From Oscillospiraceae bacterium (lineage in GTDB: Bacteria > Bacillota > Clostridia > Oscillospirales > Oscillospiraceae): a stretch of DNA of 53,670 nucleotides. The position numbers were made by a program, and so were the translations under genes. Below, piece after piece: positions 27,147-35,905 of this stretch; positions within the stretch are counted from its first letter, which is position 1; every line of letters starts with the position of its first letter. Under the pieces are notes generated by a model. That model was given only the letters and a program-made list of their open reading frames with translations. It was not told the origin of the DNA and did not search any database. The DNA lies in NCBI GenBank assembly GCA_009776905.1, contig WRMX01000001.1, positions 1-53,670 of the forward strand, written 5' to 3'.

Positions 27147-28046
27147 CTATTGACCCCCGGTATTTGTTTCTGCGGCGCTGCCCGGAGCATCGGCGTCCGT
27201 CGCGCCGGAACCCGGGGCACTCTTGCCCGGAGCATCGGCGTCCGTCGCGCCGGCACCCGGGGCACTCTTGCCGGAACCATCTGCATTCGCCGCATCGGAG
27301 CCCCCGGCCTTGCCACGTTCCTTTTCGGCGAATAAAGCTTCGACTTCCTCCTCGGTGAGGAAGTGGTCTGTCAGCGATGTGAATATTATGCCTTCCAGAT
27401 GGTCGATCTCATGGCAAATCGCACGAGCTGTCAGCTCTTTGGTCCATAGTTCGAAAGTATTGCCGTTGCGGTCCTGGGCCCTGACTTTGACAAGCGCGGG
27501 GCGCGTGACGATGCCATATACGCCGGGGACGCTCAAACATCCTTCGTTCCCGGTTTGTTCGCCGGATTTTGCGAGTATCTCCGGGTTGATGAGCTCGATT
27601 ATTTTCCCCTCCGGAAAACCGGAATGCTTTGTTTCATTCGCGTCGACAGCCGCATCGCCCGATTCATCGTCCACGCTCGCGCCCGCAGCAGCGTCGCCAG
27701 CAGCACCGCCCGCAGCAGCATCGCCCGCGCCCGCGCTCGCGTCACCCGTAGTAGTATCGCTTGCGCCCACATCGCCCGCGCCCGTGTCACCCATAGCAGC
27801 ACCGCCGCCAGCAGCATCCCCCGCGCCCTCCTCATCGCCGCTCTCGATATCGACGATCAAGACAACGCGCCTCAAGACCCCGACCTGCGGAGCAGCAAGC
27901 CCCAGCCCGTTCGCATCAACCAGCGTCTCGCGCATGTCGTCAATCAGAATATGCAGCCGCTTGTTGAAATCGGTCACGATGCGGCTCTTTTTACGCAGAG
28001 CCGGGTCGTTGGTTTGCAAAATATTCCTTATTGCCAAATAGACCAC
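27147..28046 (-). CDS. def: Peptide deformylase with ~75-aa insertion and repeat-containing C-terminal tail
   Basis: All three PDF motifs are present: GLGLAAPQVG, EGCLSVPG and HEIDHLEG. A G/A/D-rich segment separates motifs 1 and 2. The C-terminal tail carries a duplicated 15-aa unit. Confidence 0.9.
   Translation of the reverse strand: MVYLAIRNILQTNDPALRKKSRIVTDFNKRLHILIDDMRETLVDANGLGLAAPQVGVLRRVVLIVDIESGDEEGAGDAAGGGAAMGDTGAGDVGASDTTTGDASAGAGDAAAGGAAGDAAAGASVDDESGDAAVDANETKHSGFPEGKIIELINPEILAKSGEQTGNEGCLSVPGVYGIVTRPALVKVRAQDRNGNTFELWTKELTARAICHEIDHLEGIIFTSLTDHFLTEEEVEALFAEKERGKAGGSDAANADGSGKSAPGAGATDADAPGKSAPGSGATDADAPGSAAETNTGGQ
27181..27270. repeat. In-frame 45-bp tandem duplication (2 units, 1 mismatch) in the def 3' tail
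   Basis: 27181-27225 and 27226-27270 are identical except for one A/C difference. Each unit encodes 15 aa (GKSAPG.GATDADAP). Confidence 0.95.
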
Positions 28047-28155
28047 CTCCGTGCGGGCATGCCCCGCTTTGATTTGTCATAGATAATTTTTCGCTGTTAT
28101 ATAGATACTTAAGCGCGGCGAAACATATGTGCGCTAAAGTGGAGTCACTATGAAA

Positions 28156-28180
28156 GATTCTTCGCTGCGCTTTGAATGAC
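28156..28180. repeat. Copy of dispersed ~25-nt intergenic repeat (GATTCTTCGCTGCGCTTTGAATGAC)
   Basis: Matches 16438-16462 and the reverse complement of 30728-30752. Lies in the priA-def spacer. Confidence 0.7.
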
Positions 28181-28213
28181 AACGCGGGATAGCATTGCGC
28201 TCTGAACGATAAT

Positions 28214-30460
28214 TCACTCATATGTCCCGGCGTCCGCATATACGGAGACGCCCCTGCTGAGCTTATCGCGCGCGAACTCCCTCAACGTATGCGCGATCGT
28301 GTCGCGCACGCGCTTGGAGTTGTCGCAGCTGATCATCACCCTATACCTATATTTGTTTTTGACCTTTGGGATGGGCGCGGGCGCCGGGCCCAAAACTTTG
28401 ACGTTGCCCGCATCGCCGCCAATCTCGAAATATTTAACCAGCGCCCCACGCAGCTTTGCGCACGCGGCCATAACTGCGGCTTCGTCGCCGCCGGACGCGG
28501 AAATGGCGAATAAATCGTGTATGGGCGGGCTTCCGAGCGCATCTCGGAGCATGATCTCGCGCTCATAAAACCCGATGTAATCCTGCCGCGATGCCAATGC
28601 AATGACCTCATGGTCCGGCGTGAACGTCTGGATGAAGGCCCTGCCCGGCTTCTCTCCCCTGCCCGAGCGCCCGACGACCTGCGTGATCAGCGAAAACGCC
28701 CTCTCGTGCGCGCGGTAGTCGCCCATGTACAGCATCGAATCCGCCGAAAGCACTCCCACGAGCGTCACGTTTTCAAAATCCAGCCCTTTCGTCACCATCT
28801 GCGTGCCGAGCAGAACATGCGCGCCGCCCTCGCGAAATTGATTGAGCAGCTTGTCATGCGAGCGCATTTGGGACACGGTGTCCGCGTCCATGCGGATGAC
28901 GCCAATGCCGGGGAAAAGCTCCGAAAGCTCGGTTTCGACCTTCTGCGTGCCGGCGCCCATGAACCTGAGCTTTCCGCCGCATTCAGGGCATTTATCGGAC
29001 GGCTTCAGCGAATGGCCGCAGTAGTGGCACAGCAGGAGGTTTGTCGCCGAATGGTAAGTCATCGAAACGCTGCAGTTGTCGCACTTATACGTGAACCCGC
29101 ATTCGCCGCACGCGACCAAAGGGTTGGCCCCGCGCCGGTTTATGAACAATATGCTTTGTTCGTTGCTGCGGATGTTCGATTCAATCTCAGACTTCAATAC
29201 CGAGCTGATGGACCCGTTGTTGCCGTCTTTAAGCTCCTTTTTCATATCAATGAGCCTCACGGCAGGCAGATCCCTCTTGTTGAAGCGGCTGTCGATGCGG
29301 AAAATCTTGTATTTCCCGGCGAGCGCGCTGTGCATGCTCTCGACGGAAGGGGTGGCGGAAGACAGCAGCAAAAGCGCTCCTGAGTGCGCCACGCGGTACT
29401 TTGCGATGTCGCGCGCGTGATATCTGGGAGAATTCTCGGATTTGTACGTGTGTTCCTGCTCCTCGTCGAGCACGATCAGCCCGATGTTCTCCAATGGCGC
29501 GAAAATGGCGGAGCGCGTGCCGACGACGACGCGTACCTCGCCCGAGCGGATGCGCTTCCATTCGTCGTAACGCTCGCCCGTGCCGAGGGCGCTATGCAGA
29601 ACGGCGACGGAATCGCCGAAATATGAAGCAAAAATGCTGACGGCCTGCGGTGTTAACGCGATTTCCGGAACGAGCACGATGGCGGTCTTCCCGGATTCCA
29701 AGGCCTTTTCGATCAGCTTGATATACACGAGCGTCTTCCCGCTGCCCGTGACTCCGTAGAGCAGCGCCGCCTCCGGCCTGCCCCCGCCAAGCAACGGCGC
29801 CAAGCTGTCGTATGCGGCGCGCTGCTCCTCGTTGAGCGTTATATGCTCGGTATCAATATTCATCGAGCTGCCGGGACGCCTGAAGACCTCGCGTTTCTCA
29901 AAAGCCAGAATGCCCTGCTTCTCAAGCGTCTTGACCGTCGATGAAGGTGCGCCCGTTATGGTGCAAATCTCCTTGATGGGCATGCTGCCGGATGCTGCAA
30001 GCAATTGCAGCACAGCGGATTGGTGCGGCGCTCTCGACTTCCTGGCGGAGGCGAGCCCTGCGGCCTCGTCAGGCGCGATATTGAGATGGACGATGCTGAC
30101 GGTCTTGTCGCCCAGACGCTTGCCGCCCCCCTTTTCCCATACTCCGGCAGGAAGCATCGCGCGCAGCGCGCTATATACCGTGCAAAAATAACGGTCGCTC
30201 ATCCATAACGCGAGCTTGAGGCTGTCATCGCCCAGAAGCGGCTCGCCGTCGAGCAGCGAATCCACGCTTTTGAGCGGCTTGTCCCCCGTTTCCGGTAGCA
30301 ATGACAGGATGATCCCCTCGGCCATTTTGTTGCCGGCGCCAAACGGGACCGACACTCTCATGCCGGGCAAGGCCAGCCCTGCGATATTTTCGGGAAGAAA
30401 ATAGTCATAAGGCCTGTCGATGTGGTATGCAGCGACGGAAACGGCGATTTTGGCAATCAT
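28214..30460 (-). CDS. priA: Primosomal protein N' (replication restart helicase PriA)
   Basis: MIAKIAVSVAAYHIDRPYDYF start, GVTGSGKT Walker A, a DEEQE version of the DEAH box (VLDEEQEHTYK), Cys-rich zinc-binding region (CGECGFTYKCDNCSVSMTYH...CHYCG...CPECG), and RAGRG-like VVGRSGRG. ATGA overlap with the rpoZ stop at 30457-30460. Confidence 0.93.
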   Translation of the reverse strand: MIAKIAVSVAAYHIDRPYDYFLPENIAGLALPGMRVSVPFGAGNKMAEGIILSLLPETGDKPLKSVDSLLDGEPLLGDDSLKLALWMSDRYFCTVYSALRAMLPAGVWEKGGGKRLGDKTVSIVHLNIAPDEAAGLASARKSRAPHQSAVLQLLAASGSMPIKEICTITGAPSSTVKTLEKQGILAFEKREVFRRPGSSMNIDTEHITLNEEQRAAYDSLAPLLGGGRPEAALLYGVTGSGKTLVYIKLIEKALESGKTAIVLVPEIALTPQAVSIFASYFGDSVAVLHSALGTGERYDEWKRIRSGEVRVVVGTRSAIFAPLENIGLIVLDEEQEHTYKSENSPRYHARDIAKYRVAHSGALLLLSSATPSVESMHSALAGKYKIFRIDSRFNKRDLPAVRLIDMKKELKDGNNGSISSVLKSEIESNIRSNEQSILFINRRGANPLVACGECGFTYKCDNCSVSMTYHSATNLLLCHYCGHSLKPSDKCPECGGKLRFMGAGTQKVETELSELFPGIGVIRMDADTVSQMRSHDKLLNQFREGGAHVLLGTQMVTKGLDFENVTLVGVLSADSMLYMGDYRAHERAFSLITQVVGRSGRGEKPGRAFIQTFTPDHEVIALASRQDYIGFYEREIMLRDALGSPPIHDLFAISASGGDEAAVMAACAKLRGALVKYFEIGGDAGNVKVLGPAPAPIPKVKNKYRYRVMISCDNSKRVRDTIAHTLREFARDKLSRGVSVYADAGTYE

Positions 30461-30666
30461 TGGCTCTGTAAATCCTCCGGGATGGTGACTCGCAGCTCGC
30501 CGGACGCGATTTCTTCGATCGCCTTGGAAACCGGCTTGCCCTCGAACGGCTCGTCCTGCTCGATGGCGTATGTCGATATGGCCCTTGCACGCCTCGCGAT
30601 GATGTTGACGAGCAGATAGCGGCTGTTCACCTGGTCGAGCAGGCTGGCCAGCGATGGATAAAGCAT
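30457..30666 (-). CDS. rpoZ: DNA-directed RNA polymerase subunit omega
   Basis: 69 aa. SRYLLVNIIARRARAI is the omega signature. Sits immediately upstream of priA. Confidence 0.88.
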   Translation of the reverse strand: MLYPSLASLLDQVNSRYLLVNIIARRARAISTYAIEQDEPFEGKPVSKAIEEIASGELRVTIPEDLQSQ

Positions 30667-30727
30667 GGTGGATCTCCCCCTTAATAATCATATGTGTACT
30701 TAAAAACTCAAAAACCTAGCAACACCA

Positions 30728-30798
30728 GTCATTCTGAGCGAAGCGAAGAATCTTTATCTACGTTATTAACCTGTCATTCTGAGCGAAGCCAGGATGAC
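30728..30798. repeat. Two copies of the dispersed repeat (GTCATTCTGAGCGAAGCGAAGAATC and GTCATTCTGAGCGAAGCCAGGATGAC) in the remA-rpoZ spacer
   Basis: The 17-nt core GTCATTCTGAGCGAAGC is identical at 30728 and 30773. The second copy can fold (GTCAT.../...ATGAC). Confidence 0.85.
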
Positions 30799-30845
30799 AA
30801 CGGGAGTTTCCGAGGACACTCATAATGGCACATGACACATATGCG

Positions 30846-31109
30846 CTATTGCAAATCGGCGTGTTCCTGGCCGCCCTTTTCGGAAAGCCTGCCCGCGACG
30901 GTTTCGGGCTGTATCGCGGAAAGCACGATGCATCCGTTGTCCGTGATGATGACCGCCCTCGTCCGCCGCCCGTACGTCGCGTCGATGAGCATGCTCTTCT
31001 CTCTCGCGTCGGAAATGATCCTCTTGATTGGCGCGGATTCCGGGCTGACGATGGCGATGATCCTCTCAGCCGCGACCATATTGCCAAAACCAATGTTTAT
31101 AAGCTTCAT
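30846..31109 (-). CDS. remA: RemA/YlzA (DUF370) regulatory protein
   Basis: [32 protein letters not shown]...[10 protein letters not shown] matches the highly conserved RemA family sequence. Confidence 0.9.
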   Translation of the reverse strand: MKLINIGFGNMVAAERIIAIVSPESAPIKRIISDAREKSMLIDATYGRRTRAVIITDNGCIVLSAIQPETVAGRLSEKGGQEHADLQ

Positions 31110-31119
31110 ATAGCCATCC

Positions 31120-31998
31120 TCACTCGATGTTTTGCGCTTGCTCGCGGATTTTCTCGATCTCGGCCTTCAAATCGACGACGACCCTCGACATTTCGGCGTC
31201 GTTCCCCTTAGACCCGATCGTGTTCGCCTCGCGGTTGAACTCCTGCACTAGGAAATCGATTTTTCTACCGACGGCATCCCGGCTGCCGAGCAGCTCGCGC
31301 AACTGCGCGACATGGCTTTTCAGCCGGACGGTCTCCTCGTTGATCGCGACGCGGTCGGCAAAAATCGCGGCCTCGGTGAGAATGCGCTGCTCGTCGATCT
31401 CCGCAGCTTGCAGCAAATCGCGCATTTTCGCCTCCAGCTTGAGCCTGTATTCCTCAACGCTCCTTGGAGATATCTCCTCGGCCAGAGCCGTCAATCTGAT
31501 TATATCGTCAAGCCGCGCCTCGATATCGCCTCGGAGCTTCTCGCCCTCCTGGATGCGCATATCGTTAAAGCCGGCCAGCGCCGATTCCAGCACGAGACAA
31601 ATGTCCGCGAACAGCTGCTCGGCGTCTTCCTCGTCCTTCTCCGCCTTCAGCACGTCGGGGAACCGCGCGACGTCGACGACGCCGACGTTCCCGTCAAGCC
31701 CGTATTCATCTGCCATTGCCCGCAGCATCGCCACATAGGCGCCCGCGAGAGGGCGGTTGACCCTGATGGTCATATTGTCCGCGTTGAAAGAGTCGACGGA
31801 AACGTACACATCGACCTTCCCCCGCGTTATATTGGTGCCGACGATTTTCTTTATCTTGTCCTCAAACGCGGCATACGCGCGCGGAATCTTGATCGTGCAG
31901 TCGAGATACCTGCTGTTGACGCTCTTGATTTCGACCGATATCTCCAATGCGCTCGAAGTGCCTTTTGCGCTCCCGAACCCGGTCATGCTTTTTATCAT
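31120..31998 (-). CDS. YicC/YloC family stress-induced protein
   Basis: [10 protein letters not shown]-terminus, and C-terminal [16 protein letters not shown]...[19 protein letters not shown], typical of YicC (DUF1732). AAAGGAG lies 10 nt upstream of the ATG at 31998. Confidence 0.9.
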   Translation of the reverse strand: MIKSMTGFGSAKGTSSALEISVEIKSVNSRYLDCTIKIPRAYAAFEDKIKKIVGTNITRGKVDVYVSVDSFNADNMTIRVNRPLAGAYVAMLRAMADEYGLDGNVGVVDVARFPDVLKAEKDEEDAEQLFADICLVLESALAGFNDMRIQEGEKLRGDIEARLDDIIRLTALAEEISPRSVEEYRLKLEAKMRDLLQAAEIDEQRILTEAAIFADRVAINEETVRLKSHVAQLRELLGSRDAVGRKIDFLVQEFNREANTIGSKGNDAEMSRVVVDLKAEIEKIREQAQNIE

Positions 31999-32096
31999 TA
32001 TATCACTGCTCCTTTGTGGCGCCGCCATTCCGTTTTGTCCGCGCCCAGCGGCGCGTCCCGGAGGACCGCAGTCAATTCCCGCGTCAGCGCGATTGG

Positions 32097-32609
32097 CTAT
32101 TTTTTAATGCGCTGATGGATGGAACTCATGTAGAACAGCAGCAGCTTGGAATAGCCATAATCGAAAACGATGAAAACCGCGTTCCCGCCGATGTATAGCA
32201 CGGGGAAGATCACGTGCATCTCAAAATCCGGGAAAACCAGGCCCCGCAGCGCGAACCAAATGACGGAGAGCGCGACGTTGAACAAAACGAGCTTCAGCGC
32301 CCACTGCGCAGCGCGGCTTCGGAGTTTTTCGGACAGGCGCTTTATAATGGGATAATAACCGAAAAAAAGGATGAATAGAAGCAAGGTCGATCTGTTCGGC
32401 AGGACAAGCGCTCCTATCAGCGAGCTCACGACATAGACGTACAGGCCGGGGGCAATACCCATCTCGATGATTGCGGCGGCTACGAAGAGGGACGAGACCG
32501 CCGCGAAGCCCAGTTGCCCGGTCGGCCATATGGAAGTGATATATAGGACGGCAATCGTCAGCGCCGAGAGCATGGCGACCAGCGTGATCATTCGTGTTTT
32601 ATTGTTCAA
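32097..32609 (-). CDS. Integral membrane protein of unknown function (about 5 TM helices)
   Basis: Strongly hydrophobic, with regularly spaced helices. Proposed TTG start at 32609 has AAGGGGG 6 nt upstream. The track start 32672 lacks an RBS. Confidence 0.6.
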   Translation of the reverse strand: MNNKTRMITLVAMLSALTIAVLYITSIWPTGQLGFAAVSSLFVAAAIIEMGIAPGLYVYVVSSLIGALVLPNRSTLLLFILFFGYYPIIKRLSEKLRSRAAQWALKLVLFNVALSVIWFALRGLVFPDFEMHVIFPVLYIGGNAVFIVFDYGYSKLLLFYMSSIHQRIKK

Positions 32610-32783
32610 AAAAGCCCCCTTGTCAATATGATCCTCATCAATGGCGGCGCGAGATGGTCGATACGATCCCATCGGTGGCGGCGTGTGAATGTCAAATAGC
32701 TTGAAGCTTTGCGCATGCGTCCGCGCGATGGCGCCCGCAACCCCAAGTCCGCTAACAAGCCAGCCTGTGCAACGCGTCCCCCA

Positions 32784-33365
32784 TCAGTGGCAACGGCAGC
32801 AAAGGTTCATGCACATCATCGCCGTGCAAATGTCGCAAGCGTCGCACCCTTGGTTTGCCATCGCGCCCGAGCGATATGGGTTGTTCATTCCGCCGCTTCT
32901 GTCCATGAACGATAGAGCCTGCCTGTATTCCGGATTGCCCGGGTCCATGTTAAGGGCGGTTTGGAAATACTCACGCGCGTCGTTGAGCCAGCCCTTGCGG
33001 TAGCAGACGCTGCCCATCAGGAAATTCCATTCTGCGTTTCTCGCCGGAAAAGCCCTCAGCAGCTCCTCCGCCATCCTGATATCGCCCACGTTGATGGCCT
33101 CGCGCACCTTCGCGCCTTCAGGAGTCGCGTTCGTGGCGCCGGAATAGCTTGCGCCGGGCTGGTATCCATTGCCGCCCTCGCGCATCTTGATGATGCTGTT
33201 ATACGCCTCGTTGATCTCTTTCATCTTTTCCTGCGCGAGATCCGCGAGGGGATTGTCGTGGTAATTATCGGGATGGTACTTTCGCGCAAGCTCGCGATAC
33301 GCCTTTTTGACCTCGTCGTCGGACGCGGTCGAATTTACGCCGAGAACGCTGTATGGATCGCTCAT
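32784..33365 (-). CDS. J-domain protein with TPR-like segment and Cys-rich C-terminus
   Basis: DPYSVLGV...[14 protein letters not shown] is a J domain carrying the HPD motif. [37 protein letters not shown] is TPR-like. The tail [21 protein letters not shown] has 7 Cys in 21 residues. Confidence 0.85.
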   Translation of the reverse strand: MSDPYSVLGVNSTASDDEVKKAYRELARKYHPDNYHDNPLADLAQEKMKEINEAYNSIIKMREGGNGYQPGASYSGATNATPEGAKVREAINVGDIRMAEELLRAFPARNAEWNFLMGSVCYRKGWLNDAREYFQTALNMDPGNPEYRQALSFMDRSGGMNNPYRSGAMANQGCDACDICTAMMCMNLCCRCH

Positions 33366-33516
33366 GTTGATTTCTCCTTAGGTGCGTGATGTTAGCTGAT
33401 TGTGAAATGCCGCATATTGCAGGCGGCAGATTGCCGCCGCTGCAATATATCGTTTATCTCAAGATATAAACCATAACCCTTCCCTTGAACCTCTCACGAC
33501 TAAAGTCGCGGGCGCG

Positions 33517-34524
33517 TCATGCGCGCTGCGGTGTATGCTTTTTTATGATCTGATCGCATGTGGCGGGCATGCCGAGGTATATGACGTTTCTGATGATATC
33601 GGCCCATGTGTTTTCGGGCAAAAGCTCGTATGCCAGGCAAACCAGATTGTTGGAATGAGTCAGCGTCGTCTCCATGCGTTTGAGGATATCGTCGGAAATG
33701 CTCGCGCCGCTCTGTGCAGCATCCGCCGCATACCGTGCCGCGACCGCGTTGTACCGCCCATGCTCCACATCGTCATAATAATCGTCAAATGCGTCGCTTA
33801 TGTATATCCACCTGCCAAGGTGGTACAAGAGCTCTTCGAACGGCCTATGTATCGCGTTTGGCGCGTCGGCGGGGGTTATGGACTTTAGTATCATGGCGAA
33901 CTTATCGGCAGCGCCGTCCATGGAGCGCCTGCCCTCCGTGGCATGTCTGCTCTCGGAGAAGCGTCCGCTCTCGGCAGCACCGTCCATGGAGCGTGTGCCG
34001 TCGGTGGAACGTTCGCCCTCTGTGGTGCTTGCGCCATCGGCAGCGCCGTCCATGGAACGGCTGCCCTCCGCCTCGTAATCCGCCAGTGCGGCCAGCTCCT
34101 CCTCCACCCTCCTGCTGAACACCGGGTGCAGACGTGCAGCCTTATTATACGCTCTGTATAGGGCAATCGCAAGCATTCTGTGCGGGAGAGCTCGGAAGAA
34201 AGGCTCATCGGAAATCGTGTCTTTCAATTTCCACCATGTGAGAATGACGCTGTATGCGGCGCAAGTTTCCAGCGACGAGCTGCAGACGCAGTAGCGTTTC
34301 TTTCGCAGAGGGCTTGCGATACACCTTGCCTGCTTTATGACAGGCTTCTCGTCGTCCCCCCAGAGGAGCATGGCAAGGAATACGAGATCATAGCTCAGAA
34401 TGAACCTTGACGCCAATCCATATCCTTTGCCGAGCGCGCGGCACAGGCCGCAGTAGCACGCCTTGAAGCGTTCCAGCTCGCGAACCTTCAGTTCTGCTTG
34501 CAATGGGCGAATATATCCGAACAT
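33517..34524 (-). CDS. DUF5685-like protein (Cys-rich N-terminus) with repeat insertion
   Basis: MFGYIRPLQAELKVRELERFKACYCGLCRALGKGYG matches my memory of the DUF5685 N-terminus. The central insertion contains three RSMDGAA repeats. Confidence 0.7.
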   Translation of the reverse strand: MFGYIRPLQAELKVRELERFKACYCGLCRALGKGYGLASRFILSYDLVFLAMLLWGDDEKPVIKQARCIASPLRKKRYCVCSSSLETCAAYSVILTWWKLKDTISDEPFFRALPHRMLAIALYRAYNKAARLHPVFSRRVEEELAALADYEAEGSRSMDGAADGASTTEGERSTDGTRSMDGAAESGRFSESRHATEGRRSMDGAADKFAMILKSITPADAPNAIHRPFEELLYHLGRWIYISDAFDDYYDDVEHGRYNAVAARYAADAAQSGASISDDILKRMETTLTHSNNLVCLAYELLPENTWADIIRNVIYLGMPATCDQIIKKHTPQRA

Positions 34525-34533
34525 TTCTCATCC

Positions 34534-34580
34534 TTTATTATCGAACGAAGCGGGAGTCGCGGCGATAGTGCCTTAGCAAC
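34534..34580. repeat. Copy of a second dispersed intergenic repeat (TTTATTATCGAACGAAGCGGGAGTCGCGGCGATAGTGCCTTAGCAAC)
   Basis: The left half matches 16480-16508. The right half matches the reverse complement of 7745-7767 (GTCGCTAAGGCGCTATCGCCGCG). Confidence 0.7.
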
Positions 34581-34600
34581 TTTTTAGCCTTCTGTGCATA

Positions 34601-35905
34601 TTATGGATACTGCGAGTCGCTTGGCGGCGCTATATCTATATCTCGCTCCTCCGTGATGGAGACGGTGATGTTATAAGTGCCGACAGCGCCGACGTCGCCG
34701 TTGATCCCATCCACATACACCCTCGCCGACACGCGCTGGGTCCCGGGATTGATGTCATCCGGCAATGTCGCGACCACCCTGATGTTCGCCTCCGACAAAG
34801 CCTCCAAGTCCTCAGTCCTACCGCGGATCCTGACATCAAGGCTCTGCGTCCTAATCTCCGTTACATAGCCGTCAGGCTCGTTGAGGGTCTGGATGTTTGA
34901 AACGCTCAAATGCTTCATATCGAGGCCCAGTATCTCAACGACGACGACAGCCTCCGTCTCGCCGGAGATTCGCGTGAAATAATTGGGGATGACGATGGAA
35001 AAAGCCGGGAAAGTCCTCGCATAATCAAAGCTGTTGAGGTCGATGGTGCCAAGGTTGATGTTGTTGAAATCCCTGATGTCCTCGACGTTCCCCGCAATCG
35101 TTACCGTCGGCGGATCGACAGTATACCTCGTGTTTTGCGAAGTAGCGCCCGCGCCGTAATTGAACTCGGCAGTCAGAACGACTTCCTTCAGCATGCGAAT
35201 CGGAACGGAAACGTGTATGGTCTCATCGCTGGAAGTCAGCTGGCCCCGCAGCGCTTCCTCAAATTCCAAGCCGTTCTCGTCCAGCAGCACGAATGGAAGA
35301 TCGTCCGTATACGTCGAGGACAGGTTTTCGCGGGCGATGTTGACGCGAGCGACGCTGACCCTGGCGACCACGTCGGTCGGCCCGCTTACGGTGATGGTCT
35401 GTGGGCTGAACTCCGGAGGGTCTTGAATATAGTCCTCTGCGGCGCCACCCTTATAAGGCACGTCCACGGAGATGTGCCGGGTCTCCATCCTGTCGACATA
35501 AAGCGAAATCCTGCCGACGGAGCTGGAGATCAGCCCCGCCATATCGGCGGTGATGCCGTTGGGATATATGATCTCGTAGCCAAGCGTGGCGTTGCCGCGC
35601 GAAGTAATGCCCGCGAGGTCGATATTGACGGAAAGCGTCGTGTTGTTGAGCTTCGACGCGACGGAGCGCGAACACTCGAACTTGAGCTCGACCGTTTCGG
35701 GAGTCATCGACGCGATAAGGAATCCACGGTCGCTGAGCAGATCCACGTTCTGCCGGACGACTTGGACGTTCGACACCGTGATCTGCTGCAACTGGTTTTC
35801 ATTAATCTCCACATACATCCACAAAGCGATTGAAACAACTATCGAAAAGATGATGTAGAAGACCCTGCTGGAAAAAATCTTACGCAAACCGTCTCTAACC
35901 ATCAT
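34601..35905 (-). CDS. cdaR: YbbR-domain protein CdaR (regulator of diadenylate cyclase)
   Basis: N-terminal TM helix followed by repeated YbbR-like beta modules. The start overlaps the cdaA stop (ATGA at 35902-35905). Canonical cdaA-cdaR pair. Confidence 0.85.
   Translation of the reverse strand: MMVRDGLRKIFSSRVFYIIFSIVVSIALWMYVEINENQLQQITVSNVQVVRQNVDLLSDRGFLIASMTPETVELKFECSRSVASKLNNTTLSVNIDLAGITSRGNATLGYEIIYPNGITADMAGLISSSVGRISLYVDRMETRHISVDVPYKGGAAEDYIQDPPEFSPQTITVSGPTDVVARVSVARVNIARENLSSTYTDDLPFVLLDENGLEFEEALRGQLTSSDETIHVSVPIRMLKEVVLTAEFNYGAGATSQNTRYTVDPPTVTIAGNVEDIRDFNNINLGTIDLNSFDYARTFPAFSIVIPNYFTRISGETEAVVVVEILGLDMKHLSVSNIQTLNEPDGYVTEIRTQSLDVRIRGRTEDLEALSEANIRVVATLPDDINPGTQRVSARVYVDGINGDVGAVGTYNITVSITEERDIDIAPPSDSQYP

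Noticed and set aside
27991-28239. 82-aa ORF in the priA-def spacer
   Set aside because: It is built from the dispersed repeat (SFKAQRRIF peptide) and spans the def RBS region, so it is a spurious call.
26410-29383. Plus-strand ORFs (247, 272, 288 aa) opposite fmt, def and priA
   Set aside because: Same reasoning. The sense-strand genes carry all catalytic motifs, and the antisense frames have none.
30667-30845. Remnant or pseudogene of guanylate kinase between remA and rpoZ
   Set aside because: Translating both strands shows no P-loop (GPSG.GK) or other Gmk motif. The gap is only 179 bp and is mostly dispersed repeats.
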